Shown here one piece after another: positions 60,380 through 64,000 of a stretch of 64,000 nucleotides of DNA. The DNA comes from Azolla caroliniana (lineage: Eukaryota > Plantae > Polypodiophyta), in NCBI GenBank assembly GCA_043228905.1, contig JBHGNT010000018.1, positions 11,160,001-11,224,000 on the forward strand. Direction: 5' to 3'. The notes under the pieces were generated by a model. It searched no databases, had not been told where the DNA came from, and saw only the letters and a program-made list of their open reading frames with translations. The first letter of the stretch is position 1. Each line of letters begins with the position of its first letter. Position numbers and translations under genes: made by a program.

Positions 60380-61313
60380 AAACCGAACCTCCTTTCGGAC
60401 AAGACCACTGATGAGATGGAATGCACCACTGGAACTTGTGCATACCGATGTATGCCAAGTGGACATAAAGTCACATGTTGGGTCGCAGTACTTCGTGACG
60501 TTCATAGACGACCACAACCGGAAGCTGTGGGTCTCACTGCTGAAGACGAAGGACCAGGTATGTTATCTGTCTTGAAGGAATTCCACACGAGAGTGGAAAG
60601 GGAAACCGGCCGGAAGCTGAAGCGGTTCGAGCGGACATTAGAAGCAAATACTGGGGACAATTCGAGGAGTACTACCGGTTCATGGGAATCCGGCTCGAAT
60701 TCATCGTGCCTAAGACACTGGAGCTAAATGGATTGGCCGAAAGAATTAATTGGACCATAATGGAGAGAGTCCGGAGTATGCTTGCACATGCCAAGTTGTC
60801 CAATATGTTTTGGGTTGAGGCATTGATGACGACAACTTACGTGATAAATCGATCACCCTCAACACCCTTGGACGGATACAACACCATAGAGAGTATGAAC
60901 CGGTAAATACGTGTCTTACCGGCATCTGAAGGTGTTCGGTCGTCTTGCTCACGTGCATGCTGCAAAGGACAAGAGAGCAAAGTTGGATCCAAAGTCTCGA
61001 CCATGCATATTCCTTGGATACGACGATGATGAGTTCGGCTACCGAGTGTGGGACTTGGTCGACAAGAAGGTTTTCTGAAGTCGAGACATAGTCTCATGGA
61101 AGACAAGAACATTGCCGACTGGGAGTCAGAGAAGAAGATAGTGGATTCTGGGTCGACCGAGAGAGATCGTTAGAAGATATAAGGACCCATCAGGATGGAA
61201 GCCGGATGACACTCGAAGAACCGGCTGTGTTCGGACATGAAACCAAACCGAATGACGAAGAAGATTTGGACACCGGAACCAGACAAGATCCCGAATCAGA
61301 TTCGGATGAAGAA

Positions 61314-64000
61314 TGTTAGCCGGCCGGCAAGGGAAGTCCCGAATGGGGAAAGGGGGGATAATTAATAACCGGGAGCTGATTATATATTTATAGAATTATT
61401 ATGATTTGAGAAGCGAACGGATGGACACGGAATCGGTATGCCGATCCAGATTCGGACTGGTTCGTAGCCGATTGCCGGTTGGCACCGGTTTGTACCTAAA
61501 ACCGGAGACCTATAAAAAGGGCCAGTTAGATTGTAATCATTAGCGGATAATTAATGGAGTGTTGTTGTTCTATATCTTAATCACTGTTAATTACCGTTCT
61601 GTGCTAAGTGTAAATTATCTTACGCGTGTATTGTGACTAATGATATTGCCGCTAGTAACCCATTAGGGTTCCATTAATAGTCGGTCTAACTCTATCTCAC
61701 CGCAACACCCCTTGTGTTAGGCCATTTTCCGGCCCTAGTGATAACATAGTTTTTGGCAACCATGATTCCTGCACAAACGCAGCGAACAACGGAGGTCATG
61801 GATGACTAGACCAACAAACGACCCGGTTACAGAGCTGTGTCGGGGTAGTTGTGGTTCGTGCGGCGAAGTCATGGGGCTAAGGTTAAGGGGAGTTGAAGGA
61901 ACTCAAATTTTAATAAGGCTTGTATGGTGATTTTAGAAAGGTTAAGAATATCAAGAAGAAGAGTTACGAGTAATGTGTGTGAGAGAGAGAGACAAGAATA
62001 GATAGAAGATAGAGACAATATATGATTCAAGAAGCAACATAGAGACAAAGTATGATTTAAGAAGGAAAATTGAGACAAAGTATGATTCAAGAAGCAAGAG
62101 TATATGATATATATTTAAAAGACAATATTTTACCAACTTTAAAATCCTTGATTGCAAACTGAAGACATTCTCTACCGACCCTTGATTTGAACCCACGACC
62201 TCAACTTTGAAACGCGAGGCTCTTCACCGAATAAGATATCTTCAATACTTGCTTAAATTTTTTTCTCCCCACTTTCTCTTGATCCCCTCTTGTTTCCTTG
62301 CCCCTCTTTATATAAGTGTTGCCATGCATATGGTAATGTATGGGAGCATGGCATGCATGCAATGCATGAGTTACATGTAATGCATGATCGCCATTTGGCG
62401 CACATGCATTGCATGTGATGCATGATGGCTATGTATGAAAATAGATATGGGATAAGTATAATGATAAAAATACATTCTAAAATAACTAACCTAGCTTAGT
62501 GGTGTATGCTTTGTGTTTGGTATATACAAGGTTGAGAGTTCAAGACTCTCTATTTTACTCAATACAATATATAGCTTCATTCTTATATCATGAAGCACAT
62601 TTTTTTACAAACTTTTACAAATAAATAGCCTAGCCTAGTGGTATGTACATTGTACTTCATATATAAGGATGTGGGTTCAAGTCTCTCAAATATTATTAAA
62701 TACAGTATTTAAGCTCATTTTTATATTGTGAAGCACATTCTTCACGACAGCGTGCAAGAAGACTTGCCGAGGGATTGCGAAAGTGAGAGGCTTTCCAACA
62801 GGAGGCAGAAGAGATCCGTGCGGATCGCTCATTTTCCAAAGGAATCCAATGAGTGTCCATAGAGTCACTCCGCGGACAGCAAAATTCCCAACTGAACGAA
62901 GGAAGCAGCGTGAATAGTCTCCGGGATGCGGAATCCATTCTGCAGGCACTAGCGACAGGGGGAGGCGATTCGGAACCATTCTCAGCCTTTGAATCAGATT
63001 CAGATGACGAATGCAACGCCCATTCGAATTACCGTAGCAACCACGACACCCCAGACGGACCAGAGGACGAGTAGTCGGATACCTTGCCGACACCAGAACC
63101 GGAGTTAATGGAACTGGAAGCCCCAGATCGGCAAGTGGCGGATCAACTTCCGACACCGCCACGTGAGACACCGGAAGAAGAGGATGCAAGACCTCCAACA
63201 CCGAAAGAAGAGGAGGAAAGACCTCCGACACCGAAAGAAGAGGAGGGGAGACCTCCGACACCGGACGACGACATGACGTTCCAATATCCCAAGTATCGGA
63301 ATGATCTGGACGCAGAAGCTCATGTCTATGCATTTCTGCAAACATGGGAAGCAAACCATGTGTCGCAACGCTTGACCGCCACCGAAGCAGAACGCTCGAA
63401 GATTGCAGAGTTCGGCATGACCTTGGAAGGATCAACCACGCGATGGCGCTTGACGCACACTCCCGACACCATCACGATGTTTGAGGACTTAAAAACCAGA
63501 TTTTTACAGTTCTTCAACAAGGAGGTGGATCAACGGGAGATGGTCGGTCTATTCTACACCATATGGCAGGAACCAACGGAAACCATTCAGCAATTCATAA
63601 TCCGGTTCCAGCGAATGCACAATTAGCTCAATCGGGCACCACCGGAGGCAGAGGCGAAAGCAATATTCCTAGCCGCACTCAGGGAACCCCTACGTACGGT
63701 GTGCACAGTGATCGATTTCCGCAACATCACAATCGACCAAGTCATAGAACGGGTCAGGGAGATGGAGAAAACAAGCTCATGGCTAACAATGGGGGCACTC
63801 CAGCGTACATCACCGACAGAAGAAAACCTACGTTTTCGGCAAGCTATACAATGTACGACGTGTCTCAATGTTGGGCACTCGACAATAGAATGTACCATGC
63901 GGACACAGTGCATGTTATGTCATTCCAGGACGCACACAATGGGCCGATGCGAATATAACTTGATGAATCGGCAAGCGGCACCGGTAAGGCAAATCGGACC
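61314..64000 (+). mobile_element. Ty3/gypsy element M, relative of E; 5' LTR (61314-61746), PBS-like TGGCAACCATG and gag; runs off the right edge
   Basis: TGTTA...TAACA LTR; gag motifs DAEAHVYAFLQTWEANH, KIAEF and FRQAIQCTTCLNVGHSTIEC match the E Gag; 30-bp PPTPKEEE repeats at 63150-63265. Confidence 0.88.
61838..62749 (-). repeat. Solo LTR of the tRNA-Trp gypsy family (AT-rich variant) inserted in M gag
   Basis: Minus strand TGTCGTGAAGAA...CCCCGACA; the flanks rejoin as VTE|RARRLAE; right flank GCGT, left TSD copy imperfect. Confidence 0.8.

Larger units (their letters stand above)
53274..61313 (+). mobile_element. Ty1/copia element J, degenerate, interrupted by copia I and by gypsy M
   Basis: gag MEDLFGGMFKLTDSNY (53967); integrase split at CFIDK*N|RTSFR across 55030/60385; continues to ESDSDEE at 61313. 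Confidence 0.85.

Noticed and set aside
177-63958. Numerous 60-310 aa antisense or off-frame ORFs (for example 17768-18592, 18881-19825, 38869-39624, 62686-63435)
   Set aside because: They are shadows of GC-rich gag/pol frames with no independent motifs.

Overview
Gene-free, retrotransposon-saturated window from a land-plant nuclear genome. A heavily pre-edited mitochondrial cox1 fragment suggests a seed-free plant (lycophyte, fern or hornwort; inference). Nearly all 64 kb resolves into a nested stack of LTR retrotransposons. (i) Tnt1/Tork-like Ty1/copia elements (tRNA-iMet PBS, 5-bp TSDs), one nearly intact (55031-60379). (ii) A Ty3/gypsy family primed by tRNA-Trp, with TGTCG...CGACA termini (copies named Z, A, B, C, D plus two solo LTRs). 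(iii) A second, Athila/Tat-like Ty3/gypsy family: an intact 1830-aa Gag-Pol plus a ~900-codon extra ORF at 28965-38367, and a relative running off the right end. Most notable observations: the tRNA-Trp family makes 4-bp TSDs and all 7 scorable insertion sites are centred on a CpG. The same family has a conserved GGAUUUU-UAG -1 frameshift signal with a covarying pseudoknot placed after the protease. Its AT-rich LTR variants carry antisense tRNA-like A-box/T-arm modules. A 337-bp unedited cox1 NUMT sits inside a copia element and was later split by a 36-kb nested insertion. All coordinates and alignments were read by eye; no database searches were run.
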